From contig NC_087263.1 in the NCBI RefSeq assembly GCF_037042905.1, positions 15,502,001 through 15,566,000 of the forward strand: 64,000 nt of DNA, given 5' to 3'. This DNA is from Lytechinus pictus (taxonomy: Eukaryota). Below, piece by piece: positions 41,401 to 56,400 of the stretch. The notes under the pieces are model-generated. The model was given only the letters and a program-made list of their open reading frames with translations. It did no database searches and was not told the DNA's origin. Every line of letters begins with the position of its first letter. Positions within the stretch are counted from its first letter, which is position 1. Made by a program: the position numbers and the translations under genes.

Positions 41401-44400
41401 AGGAAACAATATGCTCATTGGTACCCATGAACGCTGACCCAATATTGGGTGGCAGACACTTTGAATCCCATGAGCTGCATTTTAATTTTCATCTTTAGAG
41501 AATGAACCTCGTCAGTGTTATTTAACAAGCATCTGAAGGCAGTGGCCTGTATTGTGACCATTGTCTAACTCTGTGCCAAATTTATGGGAAGCCGAAAATT
41601 TCAACATTATTCTTGCAATGTATATTTCTTTTGGTTACTGTGCCCTTTCCTAACTTTCTAACGATGAAGAAAGCTATCTCATTTATCCTTCCAAAACAGT
41701 TAAGAATGATTTGAGAGAAAAATTAGCTGATTCATTGAAATTCTACCGTTATAGATTTATGCCACTATGGGCTTTCCATACTTAAATCACAACTTTAAAT
41801 CAGAGTTTAATTAAACCCAACTTCAGAATACAAGTCAATGTTTTTAATTCAGTACTTGATTTATAGGGTCACAGTGATTAACTCATACTGAAATTTACGC
41901 ACAAACAATGGGATATCTAATTTAGCGTAAGAATCGGCCAGCAAACAGTCTTTCATAAAGTCAGGCATAACTTGTACAGACAGCTTTGTGAACAACAACC
42001 TACATGTACACTTGGAAACAGTGACATTTTTACTGAATCAATTTAGAATGACCTGAGACTTTTATGTACATCTCTACAGCACCGTATGCCCCTGCCAGCT
42101 TGTCCTTCCTGTCTGTCGAAGGTCAAGAGGTTGTGGTAGGGTGGCCTCTGGCAGACTCTTACGTTGATTACTACGAACTCTGCTGGACCCCCTTCAACCA
42201 AACACGAATTCTGGAGCGAAGTGTGACCCAGACCGTTTTGACACTCGACCAATCAGATGTGGAGTACACCATCTCCGTGCATTCCGTAATCGAACGTGAA
42301 GGGACACACCCTCTCAGGAGCGAGGCCGTCTCTCGTTTCATCACTATCGGTAAGTGGAACGGAATGTAGAAAGGTACGTCAAATGAAAATGCTTGGTTAA
42401 AATTTGAATCTTCAATAGATTGGGTCATGTGGTCCAGTGGTTAGAGCATTGTTCTCACAATCGCAAGGTTGTGAGTTCGAATTCCAACTCTGCCATTGTC
42501 TCCACTTTGAAAAAAAAGGCCCGAGAGGGATATCTGTCATCTATTAGGTCAGCCGCTATGAATGATTAACCTAGACGTGAAATTTTTCCATGACGAAAAC
42601 CTTTCATTTGAGAACACTATACCCCAGTTTCCCTCAATCAATTCTCTTCTCCAAGTACGACAAACCATAAATGCCCCAAGCAAGCAATTTAAGTATCAAA
42701 ACACCTGTTTCTTGACCTCGGTCCGAAGATAACACAACAGCCCGAGCAAAGCATGCCGTCATTTTAATTCACTTACTTTCCTTATTTCGAGGTCGATTTT
42801 CTTCGTTCGAATTGAAAATGGACTAACATTGGATTTCTGAATACAGTATGCCTTTAAAAACGTGATTAAATATCGATTACAATAATTTCATTCCTAAGGT
42901 CCTACTACAGGCAGAGAAGTCTTACGTAATAGCACAGCTGTTGTTTATCATTTCGTCGATCTTGGCTCAACGCTCATAATCTGGCCTGTGGAGTTAAAAT
43001 TGAGACAGCAGGGATTACCTGGCCTAGCGGGGTTGATCAGGCGGGTGTTTCATAAAGCTGTTCGTAAATAAAGAGCGACTGGTGATCCTGTCTTGCGGTA
43101 AATGGTACACACCATTGGCGATGATCTAGCGCGCGAGAAAGTATCACCAGTCGTTCTTAAAGTCGCTCTTAACTTACGAGCAGCTTTATGAAACGGCCCC
43201 CTGGGCTTGGAAATGATTTTGGGATTTACAAACGCAAAATGGGGTATAGAACCGCAGTTTGCAATCTGAACTGCGGTCTTTCTCCAAACAGGGGTTTGAC
43301 GTAATGCATAGGTAATTGGTTATGTACCAGCTTGGCGTTAACCAGCAAAAGCTGTCCTGCCGAGTTCCTACGGGAGGTACCACATTATAGATGGTGACAG
43401 GACATTTGCTCCTGTGACAAGTGCTTTGGGCTTAATTTCGTCTAAGATGTAGGGTTAGGGTTGCAATAGGGTTTTATGTTAGGTTTCGGGTAGGGTATAG
43501 TGTTAAATAATACATCTGTAAAGCGCTTAGACACGTAATTCCGATGTATTCAGCACTATATATGAGCGAATTATTATTATTAAATCCAGTGTTGACTTTG
43601 TTCATTCGATTAGTGTGTGGAATTTAGAGCGGAGCAATTGTTGCCGAAGCAATTATTGTCATGGATCCATATAGATAGATCAATAGATTTTATTAAATAT
43701 ATGTACATCCTGTCTAGAATTAGAAACTGAAATGATCATGAATTACTAATCAAAAGAATCACAACGACATTAAACAATAAAGAGTATATAACATTGGGCA
43801 TCGAGAGGTTACACAGTTCCTAAGGGTCATACATGTACTTCATACAAGTACATGTATGCGACTGTCTTGTTAGTATTTGAATTTGTAATGTGCATGTACA
43901 TGTATACTGTTCCTACCACCACTCTTTCGCGCATCGCATGCGAGCAGAAACGCACTTTGTAGGGTGCATAAGGGCGTTTCTGCACCATTGATGTGCGCTT
44001 TAGTATGGTGCTAAGGGCGTTTCTGCATCGACACAACGATATATGCTTTGATGTAACTTTGATGGAACTGTTTAATAGTTCACTTGCGTTTTTGTCTCAC
44101 CTGCATAGCAGAGTGAGACTATAGGCGCCGCTTTTCCGACGGCGACGGCGGCGGCGGCGACGGCGGCGTCAACACCAAATCTTAACCTGAGGTTAAGTTT
44201 TTGAAATGACAGCATAACTTAGAAAGTATATGGACCTAGTTCATGAAACTTGGCCATAAGGTTAATCAAGTATTACTGAACATCCTGCCTGAGTTTCATG
44301 TCACATGACCAAGGTCAAAGGTCATTTAGGGTCAATGAACTTAGACCATGTTGGGGGAATCAACATCAAAATCTTAACCTAAGGTTAAGTTTTTGAAATG

Positions 44401-47400
44401 TCATCATAACTTAGAAAATATATGGACCTAGTTCATGAAACTTATACATAAGGTTAATCAAGTATCACTAAACATCCTGCATGAGTTTCACGTCACATGA
44501 CCAAGGTCAAAGGTCATTTAGGGTCAATGAACTTTGGCCGAATTGGGGGTATCTGTTGAATTACCATCATAACTTTGAAAGTTTATGGATCTGATTCATG
44601 AAACTTGGACATAATAGTTATCAAGTATTACTGAACATCCTGTGCAAGTTTCAGGTCACATGATCAAGGTCAAAGGTCATTTAGGGTCAATGAACTTTGG
44701 CCAAATTGGGGTATTTGTTGAATTACAGCCATAAATTTGAAAGTGTGTTGGTCTAGTTCATAAAACTTGGACATAATAGTAATCAAGTATCACTGAACAT
44801 CCTGTGCGAGTTTCAGGTCACATGATCAAGGTCAAAGGTCATGTAAGGTCAAAGAACTTTGGCCACGTTGGGGGTATTTGTTGAATTGCCATCATATCTC
44901 TATAAGTGTATTGGTCTAGTTCATAAAACGTGGAAATAAGAGTAACCAAGTATCACTGAACATCTTGTGCGAGTTATAGTAGTTTTCAAAATCAGCACTG
45001 CTGCTATATTGAATCGCGTGATGCAGGTGAGACGGCCAGAGGCATTCCACTTGTTTATTCTTATTTATACCATTGATCTCAATGATGCGAATTATATATA
45101 TTCGTTGTTGATTATCATCCTTATCATATAGATGAGGGTTTGGAAGGCGAACTGAATGTGACTGATTACAATTCGTCTTCGATCTCCGTCGAGTGGAGCG
45201 AAGTAGTGAGCATCGTGTTTGAAAGCTATGGTCTCCGGGCTGTTATACAGGGCTTAGGGGTAATGGTAGAAAGCGAGGTACCCATCGTGGATCCGAGGAC
45301 ATACACCTTCATGGGCCTAATACCTGGTGTGAGATACACCCTCAGTAATATCTTACGCGGCTCTGACCCCACTGTGACGAGGATGGTGCATCAGAGAACT
45401 AGTAAGTTACTGTACATGGCGCCCTCTCAGGTGAAGAATGGCACAACTTAGACTGATGATGTGCAAAAGATGTTGTGTGACATAGTGGGCTTTGAACTCC
45501 ACCATATATTTTTATCTTCTTTTGTTCTTTGTGCCTCTGGCTAAATCTACAGAACAAAGTTCTGGGGATGTTTTGCAAAGATTTAACTATAATTTTGAGA
45601 TTTTTATAACCAATTCTGATATATATTCTCTTAAATATCACAAAGTTCAATTTGATTCAATTAGGTAAGTATGCTGCTTTTTCATTTACGTATAATTACC
45701 TGAACATGTGACTCCTGCATCATTGATTTTTATCATGTTAATACATTTTAACCATTGCAATCCAGTCTCTGGACTGCAAGAATGGAAATATTCAATAAAA
45801 TCCTTCAATCAGTCAACCCAAGTCAACATTCTACATGAACAGAATAATAGTGCTTATGGTGCACCATTTGAGAAGAAAAATTTGTAAAGAACATGAAAAC
45901 ATTGCAAGGATCTGGGGCCTGTTTGATAAAGAGTTGCAACTGTTGTAACTTTGCCATTATGGCAACTACCATTGCAATGGCTCAGCAGCCAATCAAAATC
46001 AAGGTTGCCATGGTAGTTGCCATAATGGCAAAGTTACAACAGTTGCAATCCTTTATGAAACGGGCCCCAGATCTTTTAGATTTGTTCAAGATTAAGACAA
46101 TATCTCTTAAGATTGTTATTGATTTCTACGCCCTTCCCAGGACCAAGCCCTGTTTCTGGCCTCGTCGTGACTTCAGTGACGTCCCAATCCATTACCGTCA
46201 CCTGGCAAGAAGTCACTCAAGGTGTTTTCAATGACTACGTCGTCACCTACGCTCCCTCCGACAACCCTACTATGGTCAGGTTTGCCAATCGCATTCCTAA
46301 CAGTGGCGACACGGTTTCTGTCATCGACGGGCTGCTCCCCGATACATCGTACCAGGTGACAGTCTACACCAGTAGTGGTATAGGTCAGGACCAGACGACC
46401 AGTACAGAAGCATCCGTTAGCCCTACAACCAGTAAGAGCGGTCCCACCTTCTTTAACAAACACCAGAGGCCCGTAACACAAAGCCAAGCAATCATCGAAT
46501 ATTTTTGGCGATTGATTGAATTGATTACAATGTAAAATCAATCATGAAAATTAAGCGTAAAATTAATTAATAACCTTTGGGTTCTTTGGCTCTGGAACGG
46601 GTTTCACAAAGACTAACGATTGATCATGGAGCTGATTTGTACAATTGATCGTGTACAATAATCAATGCAATCAATCGTAGTAATCAGCCCTACGATCAAA
46701 CTAAGCTTTGTGCTACAGGTCCCTGGAGTTGTTTCGCAAAGATTCAAGTCTAACATACAGTAGGGTCGCACTTAAATTTCATTTGTCCGCACTATAACGC
46801 ATCACTGCATTTGTCAAATCATGCACATGGGACGCGCACTAGCATGTATCCATCAATGAGGTCACGATTTGAATAACATGTGCATGTTTAATAGCCCTAC
46901 CACAAACTACTGGGGTCATAGTGATACAGCACTCAGAAAAAACTTAATGAAGCACTATATAAATGTTGCATACTATTAGAAGTAGTATTTGTTACTTTCT
47001 AAAACAAAATAATTGAAAAAATAAATGTGTGTTTTCTTTTTCAGCCGCCCTCCCTGAATGCTCAATTCAAGTAATAGGAACCACATTTACTGAGATCACC
47101 GTTCAGTGGGGTTCATGTCCCAACGTCTTCGGTAGCTACCAATTGACCTTTGACCCTAACCCCAACGACCTGCAGCCAGGGAACGTTCCAATAAATGGAG
47201 AATTTGAATACACTTTCTCCAACCTGGTCCCGGGACAGAGGTACATTGTTGGAATCAGAGACGCCGGCGCGAGTGAACCGTACGCGACGGACGCTGTCTA
47301 TACAGGTACGTGTGCTGTGCTCTCTGCTTGGACACACATTCTGTAAAAAGATATTATAAATTAAAGCAAGTTTATATCACAAGAGCTATATATACATGTA

Positions 47401-50400
47401 TCTGGAATGACTCTTTACATCTGTTACCCACCCTTTGAAAGTGAACAACTGAATTATTGGTTAGTTGAAATTAAATTTTCTCTTGGAAAGAGAAAAGAGG
47501 AACAAACGAAAATGGTGGAAATCAGATTGAGGTGAACACAACTTTGAGGTGCACACCAGCCACAGGTTCGGCTTGGATGATTCTAGAAGCTTTCCCCTTT
47601 TTATATAAAGTTTTTTTTAATCCTCATCTAAATCTAGTAATCTTAGGTTAACCTCTTGACTTCTGAATCCTGTAATTCCTGTATCGTTTCTTCAAGGTCC
47701 ACCCAATTCTTGAACATGTAGGTAATGGGTTAACATGTTGATTACTGAATGTTGTGATTCATATTGGCTTTTTACAGAGACCACCCCGGGGTCCGTTACA
47801 GAATGAGTTGCGTTTAAACGCAAGTAAAAAAATCAATCGCAAGTCCCAAATGCGCGCTGTTGATTGGTTGAAAGTCAAGTTGCGCATGATTTTTGGAGTT
47901 GCGATTGATTGCAACTCTTTCTGCAATGGGCCCCAGGTCCTGTAGGCAATAGGTTATTCTGTTGACAACTTAATCCTGTAATTCCCTTAAGATTTATTCT
48001 AGGATCACCCATCAGTTCCATCAGGCAGTGTGTTAATTTGCTGACCACTGAATCCTGTAATTTCCATATGGTTGGTTCAAGGATCACTCAGTTTCAGTAG
48101 GCAATGGGTGAAGTCTTAGTATGGTTTTCTGCAGATCCCAATTCACCCACCGTTCTGGTGGCAGCAGAGGTAACGACTTCCAGCCTCACGGTCCAGTGGA
48201 CTCCTCCCGTGGGTGAGTACGAATCGTTCAGGCTGGAACTAAACGGCATGAACGGGGTGCAGCAAGCCACTTTGGGAAGGGACCAGATTGAAGAAGGCAG
48301 CCAGCCTTCCTTCATGTTTGATTCTCTGAGGCCAGACACACCTTACACGGTCAGCATCTGGACTGTCGTTGGAAGCGACAGCCTCCAGAAGAGCAGCGCT
48401 CCGTTGGAAGAAGAATTCACAACAGGCAAGTTAAAGTCATTGACCCTATTCTGAAGTGCTGTTTAACCCTATTTAATTGAACTATTTCAGGCCAGTTTCT
48501 TTTACGGGGGGGGGGGGGGGGGTTCATGTATGAAATCATTTAATCTTAATCATGCTTTGACACCAGCACCAACACCAAACCTTAAAGTCACCCCTTGTGT
48601 GATTGAATCCCCTGGAGTTTAGTTCCCCTTTGAATCATGTCCTATTTACAATTTGACTCTAGATGCCTTGGAACCTCGGCAGCTCTCAGTCATCGCCGTT
48701 GGCTCGCTTTCCATCACCGTGGTTTGGGGAGAAGTGACGGACATCGACTTCGCTGAGTATGTCATCCGGTTTCAACCATCCACCGGTAGTGCGATTTACG
48801 CAAGAGTCCCAAGGCATCAGCCAAGAGAGGCCACTTCATCTAACCTACTGCCTGGCCAGCTCTATACCATCTCACTGCTTGCCATCCAGGAGGACGGTTT
48901 GCTGGATGTCCCGTCTTTGAGTGATATCGATCAGCGCACAGGTAAGAATTTGCTTAATAGTTTCTACATCATATCATACAGTCTCACCTGTGTCCCTTTG
49001 CATAAAAGATACTATTTTGGTAACTTTGCCATCCAATGGTAACGACCATGGTAACGCTAATCAACAGCCACTCAAAATCAAGGATTCCATGCAAGTTACC
49101 TTTGCATGGCAAAATTACCATAATGGTGACTTGTATGCAACGGGGCCCTTGGCCCTGTCTTACAAAGAGTTATGATTGATCCGATCAACCTCAACTCTAT
49201 GGAAATCCATCAATGTCATAATTTTTTCTTCAGGAAATTTACACAATGTCGTTTGTAAGCAAAGAAAAGCACACTGAATTTTCAAGAAAACAATGAATAT
49301 ATGAATATACAGCATATCGAGGTAATATTTGAACAAACATGCATTTTAGATGTGGACGTTGATGGCTTTCCATAGTTGTGGTTGATCTTTTTGTAAGGCA
49401 GGGACCAGGAGGGTGATTCATAAAGCTGTTTGTAAAGTCACGCAAAACTCTATGTACGGCTGGAACATATGTTAGGTACTACATGTATATACTTTTATCT
49501 TGTAGCATGAGAAAGGGTCCTTTTTTTAGATAGTTCTTTGGGCCTGATGTTGCCATCATAAAATGATGAAAAGTGACCCATGACTGCCACATAATAAACC
49601 ATTTATAAGAAAATGATGTCACGATAGTAATTAAATGGAATGGGCAGTCAACCCAAAACCAAATAAAGCCAGGGGCTGAAGCCTCTTGCATCTGGGACTA
49701 AAACAAGTTCTCCCCTTCACAGTACGAATGGGTGCAAGCTAGGGTTGTCATCCCAAAAGGAAGCCTAGTCAGCTAGGAGCCAATCTTGACCTTGACTTCT
49801 AACCTCCCCTATTTTTGTGGGTCAGGTCATTCCTAACTTTCAAACAGCTTTATGAAACACCCACCCGCTCCAGCGAAAATGGGTGACCTGTCTATAAAGA
49901 CATTTGCTTTCCGTTCATTAGGAAGCATCTACTTGCACATTCCCGTCTGCTCTAGCACCACCTGTTTTAGCCAAAATTCATAAATGTATCATTATTTCTA
50001 CTTTTACTGATTAAACTTAATTAATTTTGCCTTGTTTATGATTAAGAATTAAGTCTGGAATGATTTCCATTGAAAAAAACAATAAAAAACAAAAAGTAAA
50101 AAAACAAGGAAATACATAAGAAATTCATAAAACAATAAAATACATAAGAAATTTATTTCCAAACCAAAGTTTTTTTTAATTGCGATTGTTAAGAATGCTA
50201 CAAAGAATATTTTAACCAAAAATTAGCATTCTAGGAGCTTTATTTAGTGAATTAAAGCAAAAAGTATGATTTATGCATAAATTAGCATAATTAATTCATA
50301 TAAAATAAAATCTCATTATTTTTGAAAATTTTACCAAACAGCCTTGTAGATTACATCGCACACTATCAGCGTCCCCCCTTTCCTAAAAGAATACGTTTTC

Positions 50401-53400
50401 ATACCTGCCAACCATTCCGATTTTGGCAGAATTATACCGATTTTTCGACCTCCATTCCGAATTCCGAATTTTCAAACCAAAATTCCGATTTTTGGGGTAA
50501 TCAATTTAGTGTTGAAATTATTGAAACGGCTGTATGATGCGACTAACGCATGCACGGCTGTAAGACGCACAAACGACTGGATGATTTTGTAGTGTGGGAG
50601 TGAGTTACATGTAGAGAATGTGTAGTGGGCTAGTGGTATATTGCTTACATGTAGTCTGCTGCGCTGATTTAACGGCTGCACACCGGCGCAGTTACTCTAA
50701 CTTTTAGATGTATCCCACGCAATTTTAACATTGATCTGTACTTTATTTTTTCGAGCAATTGAGCCTTCGGAGTCGGAACACCAAATCTACTTGCTTCGCT
50801 TGCCTAAACTCCCGGCGCCCGCTGTGTTGCTGCGCCTCAGTCTCGCCGGCGCATGCCGCACCGCAATTGCTGTGGTGGGTGCGGGTCGGGCGCATGCAGC
50901 CGTTAGTTTCGGCTCCGTTTTTGTCATTGTTGAAATCTGCTTTCTTATACCAACAAACACTTATCCATTGTACGTTATGATGTAACCTTATCCTCAAACA
51001 GTAACCCCTGTGTGATGAAATAACATGAATAAGATTGTCAATGTTTTGCTTATTTCCCCTTGATGCATGATTGCATTGATGATGTTTGTTTTGTTTGTTT
51101 GTTTTATTTTATTTCTGCGTTCACAATACATTATCAAAAATTATTTACATTGTTTGCAATATATAAAACAATCCATAATGTTTACAACATAAACATAATA
51201 ATTAGAAAAAAAAAATGGTTTGGGTATATACTTCACATTACATAAAATAGAAAAAAATGATTTGGGCATATACTTCACATAAGGATGATAATAAAAAGCA
51301 GCATAAACAAATGAACGCAGGAGACCGCCATCGTGAGCGGTTAAGCTTGTAGTTGATGGCGGCCTCATAAAAAGGGTTCGTGACTAAGATCGGTAATTGC
51401 TGAACAAGTGGGTGCGATGCAGGTGCAGGTGCGGGTGCTGTAAATAGCAGTATAATTATTGTTATTATTTTTAATTTATAGTTTTTGGTTGTTAATGAGA
51501 ATCAATTTGAAGTGTCGGATGAATAAGATTGAATTATATTTTTTTTAAGAGTTGATTTTAATGAGTATAAAGTAGAACAAGATTTAATATTGTTTGCAAG
51601 ATTATTCCAAATGTCTGGACCATGATGTCAAATTGATTTAGAGGTAATTAACAGTCTGGGGTTTGTGAGATGAAAGTTTCCAGATGTACGAGTTGGGTAG
51701 GTATGGACAGAACTATTGAACTTAAACATGTCATCAAAAGACGATGGGAGTAGATTATTGATATACTTAAACATAATGATAGCTACTTGAAGAGTGTACA
51801 AGTCGGCAACTTTCAGTGTTTTCTGTTTGAAAAATAAAGGGTCAGTGTGAGCCAGGTAATGCGATCCTGTACAAATGCGATTAATTCTCTTTTGTAATCT
51901 AAAAATAGAAGTCAGCTTTGTAGAGCCACAATTAGCCCAAACAATGTTACAATAGGTCATGTACGGGAGTACTAAGGAATTATACAATAGGAATAAAGTT
52001 TTAAGAGGCAAGATAAATTTTAACTTAGAAATAATTCCAATGCTTCTTGAAATACACATTGTAATATGGTGCAGATGCTCATTCCAAGATAAAGCTTCAT
52101 CTATGATGACCCCTAAAAATCTAGAGTGCGTTTTACGTTCTAATGACTTGCCGTCAATCTGTAAGTGAATTTGAGTGTTAGAATTGTGAGAATGATGTTG
52201 AAAATATATGTAATGAGTTTTTTGTGTGTTCAGAGATAATTTGTTAGCTTTGAACCACTGTGATACTTTATTTATTTCATGATTTAAAATATTGTATAAG
52301 GAAGTGAGATTTTTATGAGAAAAAAAAATATTTGTGTCGTCAGCGAATAATACAAAAGATAAAATGGATGATGTATTAATAATGTCATTTACATATATTA
52401 AAAATAATAGTGGGCCTAAGATGGAGCCTTGAGGGACACCACAATGAATTAAAAGTGAATCAGAGTCGTGACCATTAAATGAGACGTATTGTTTTTGATT
52501 TCTTAAGTAATCTTTAAACCAAAGAAGGGATTGACCCCGTACGCCATAATAGTTGAGTTTTGAGAGTAGAATGTCGTGATTAAGTGTATCGAATGCCTTA
52601 CTAAGGTCACAAAATATCCCAATGACATGTTCTTTGTTAGCAATGGCGTTTGTAATTTTGTCATAGATTTGAATTAATGCCAAGTTTGTTGAGTAATTCT
52701 TCCTAAAGCCATATTGAATAGAATTTAGCAGATTGTGTTTGATAATGAATTTATAAAGTCTATTATATACTATTTTTTCTAAGATTTTTGATATAGTTGG
52801 GAGAAGAGAAATGGGGCGATAATTACTAATTTCATGGGGATTGTCTTTTTTGAAAATTGGATTGACTTTGGCAATTTTGAATAAGTCGGGAAAAACTCCT
52901 TGTGATAATGATTTATTAAAAATGTTACTAAGAGGATTAGCAAGTGGGTGGATTATTTCTTTTAAAAGAGACATACTACCGTAAGTAACAGTGTATTAAC
53001 CGCACCCGTGTATTAACCGCACCCCCCATTTTCGGATGGAAAAAAAAAATTAAAAAATCATTTAAAAAAAAAATAAATAAAAAAAAAAAAAATTTAATCA
53101 AACTTACTTTCTATCTCTAATATGCGTATTTAAGAAAGAGTCAAGAACCAAAAAATATCGAAGAATTACTGGTAAAAAATGATGGGAAATCAGCACTTCG
53201 TCACTTATCTGCAAGTTGCCGATATTATTGGCCACTTCCACACTCCGAGTCACCTCACACACACACATATGGTACCGGTGTTCATTGCAAGTACCGATAC
53301 CAGCATCAACATGGGGGCTCACCCATACGAGAAGATCGTTCATATCATATTTCCTGCATCACAGCCCCACTTTTGCTTTCAGAATTCTGTCTAGCATTCA

Positions 53401-56400
53401 ATGTCTTGACATGAATTTTAGACAAGGGAATACGGGAAGGTTCAAGATACGAGAAATTTGCGATTTTGTTCAGGTGTTTTTCTTGTCTGCTTTGAACCAC
53501 TACCGGTAGTTCTCAATACGTGTGTGGCGGTATCTTACAGACAGCAAAATAGGAAAAAAAATACTAGTACCGGTATACCGTATTTTCAATGGGAGCTCTG
53601 GGCGGGAATAAAGTGAATAATAATTAAAAATAAAAAGTCGGAAGGAGTGAAGATGGGGATTGAAGATTGATTTTGAGATGATGGATGATAGAGAGAAATG
53701 AAGGAAAGGCAAATAAAAGAAATTAATTGTCAAATATTACCAATAATTTGTCAAACAAAATAACTTCCACGGAAAGTTAAAGCGCCAGCTTACGTTGACG
53801 TTGCGATAAACATTACACATGCATGTCTTATTCGGCTAGCTGCACCGCGCTGTGCGATCAATTGGCATCTGAACTTTGCCGCGATGACTAAAAAATGACA
53901 ACAAAGACAGAGTCACACCATTAAAAAATGTCAGTTTCATGAAGGTAGGTGCGTTTGTTACCGTGATATAACTTTGAGGGACATTTACGGTAGATACCGG
54001 TAGTCATAGTTGCTTCCCTTTTATACCCGCGGCTCATACCCCTCTAAACGGGATTGCCCCAAGCGGCTACGCTCGGCCACCCGACGCGAGTTGAAAACTG
54101 GTAGTGGTATCGGGCTGAGATTGGCTTGGCTCAGACCTGTCACCGTGTATAAACCGCACCCCCGACTTTTGATTCTGTCCCGCCGAGAAAAAGGTGCGGT
54201 TAATACACCGTTACTTACGGTAATTATATCATGTCCATGTGATTTTGAACTGTTAAGAGACCGTGTAATGTTGATAATTTCAGTGGGGTCCGTAGGGTTA
54301 AGAAATATAGAGTGTGGATTTGATTCGTGGAGATAGTCGGTGAACCGCGCATTAGGGCTATTAATTTTGCTTGCAAGTTTGGGTCCGATATTTGTGAAAA
54401 ATGAATTAAATGAATTTGCATGAAGGGAAGTGTCAATTTTAGAACCATTTAAAGTCATATCATCAGTAGGAGGGGGGGGGGGGTCTGTCTTTGTTCCCAT
54501 TACCTCTTTAATGATTTTCCAAGTTGCATTAGTGTTTGAACTGGCATCCTTTATTCTAAAGGCGATTACGTGTTTGTATTGATTTCAATATACCTCTTGT
54601 TATCCAGGGAAGTTTGGGGATTTTTTTTCGATTATTTTTAATTCTACCTATTGGGATATTCTTATCATAATAATGTTGTAATTTATCATTAAAGTGATTA
54701 TATGATGTGTTTGCGTCATCTTCATTATAGACATCCTCCCATTCCTCAATTATTAAGTCTTGTTTCAATAATTCAATATTACGTTTAGATTCTCTTCTAT
54801 ATGTATGTTGGTTAAATGTTTTGATGTAAGGTAGTTTTAACTCACAGGTTAGAAAAATTGGTAAGTGGTCTGAAACTTCAGAGCATAGAATTCCACCTAT
54901 CATTTTGTTGTTCATGTTATGTACGTTGGAAAAAATGTTGTCAATTTGAGTTGATGAATTTGGGCTGATTTTAGTGGAATTATTTATAAATGAATGGAAG
55001 CCAAATGAGTACATTAGTTTCATGAAATTGTTTGATTTATTATTGTCGACTGAGGGTAGGAAATTGATATTAAAATCACCAAAAATAAAACAATTTTATT
55101 TTCATTACTTATTATATGGAGATATTGCTCTGTTTCCTCATAAAAAGAATCAAAATTAGAACCTGGTGGTCGATAGATTAGACCTATGACGACATTTTTA
55201 AATTCTGTGTTTTCAATTTCAATAAACAAAGACTCAGCATTTAAGAGTTTCACATCGGAACGGATCTTAAATTTTAGTTTTTCGGCTATGTAGAATGCTA
55301 CCCCTCCACCTCTTTTTCCTGTGCGGTCTGCCCTAATCAGTTTATAATCTGGTAAATTAAACAAATCTGGTGAATTTTCATGTAGCCATGTCTCGCTAAT
55401 ACCAATAACAGAAAAGTTGAAATTGTTTAACGTGTGCAAGAGATTTTCAAAATATTCAAAGTTTCTATTCAGACTTCTTAAATTTGCGTGTAAAAGAGAA
55501 ATATCATGATTACTACTAAATATGTTGTAAAATTCTTGAGGTGTGTAATATTTACTGTTGTGTGAATTTTCTATTAAATTGTCAGGAATAAAGGAGAGAA
55601 AGGAGAGTGAATTCATCCAAATTGATGAAATGTAAAGTACCAGAGATTATGTAAGGGGATATACTGCGATCGTGCTTGTGGTGAGGGTGCATGTGTGTGT
55701 AACTGTGGTGCTGATGTGCAGTTAATATAAATGAAAAATATGTCTACAAAAATAACAAGACCCATCTTGGTCAGCATATACAATATAGGATGCAGAACGG
55801 CAGAGCTCAACCACCTAAGTACATAGATACATGAGTTGAGATCATTACACATAAATAATAAACGATCATAATACAAATGAATTTGTATTGATAGTCAAAG
55901 ATCTAGTATGTATTAATTGGCATGATAAAATCACTCCCATTAATTCCATGTATTAACACAGAAGGCGTAAAGTTTGAATAGCCACGCCCTCCCTGATCAG
56001 ATAGGTGAATGTTTGTGTGCTAGTTTAATATTTATGGATAATTATGCGTATGGGCCTGTCTTATATTGGGAAATAATGAAGTTTGTTTCGAAGCGCTTAT
56101 CTATCTGCCTTGAAGTACACGATCAGTCGCGCGTTTTGAAAGGTACGTCAAATCATGCATGAAATAGCCACACCTCCTCTGATCAGGGAGCGCTGTATAC
56201 ATGATGTGTGTATAGGCACACATATTGAATTTAGCAAATTGGACAAATCAATATAATTGGTCACATACAATGTGAAATCAACCCGTCTATCCCCTATTGA
56301 ATATTCAAGTCTCGTGTCACAATAAAGATTGATCATGCATGTATAACACTGCCCTCTCTGACCAGATACTTGGGTACATGCGTGTTTTCATATTAGGACT

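Noticed and set aside
42421..42495. tRNA gene
   Set aside because: A and B boxes are present but the acceptor stem does not pair; consistent with a SINE head.
43450..43500. Telomeric repeat
   Set aside because: Only a few degenerate ttaggg units inside a dispersed repeat that also occurs, inverted, at about 1575-1768.
54021..54500. Independent 159-aa gene
   Set aside because: Chimera of LINE ORF2 reading into the inserted MITE.
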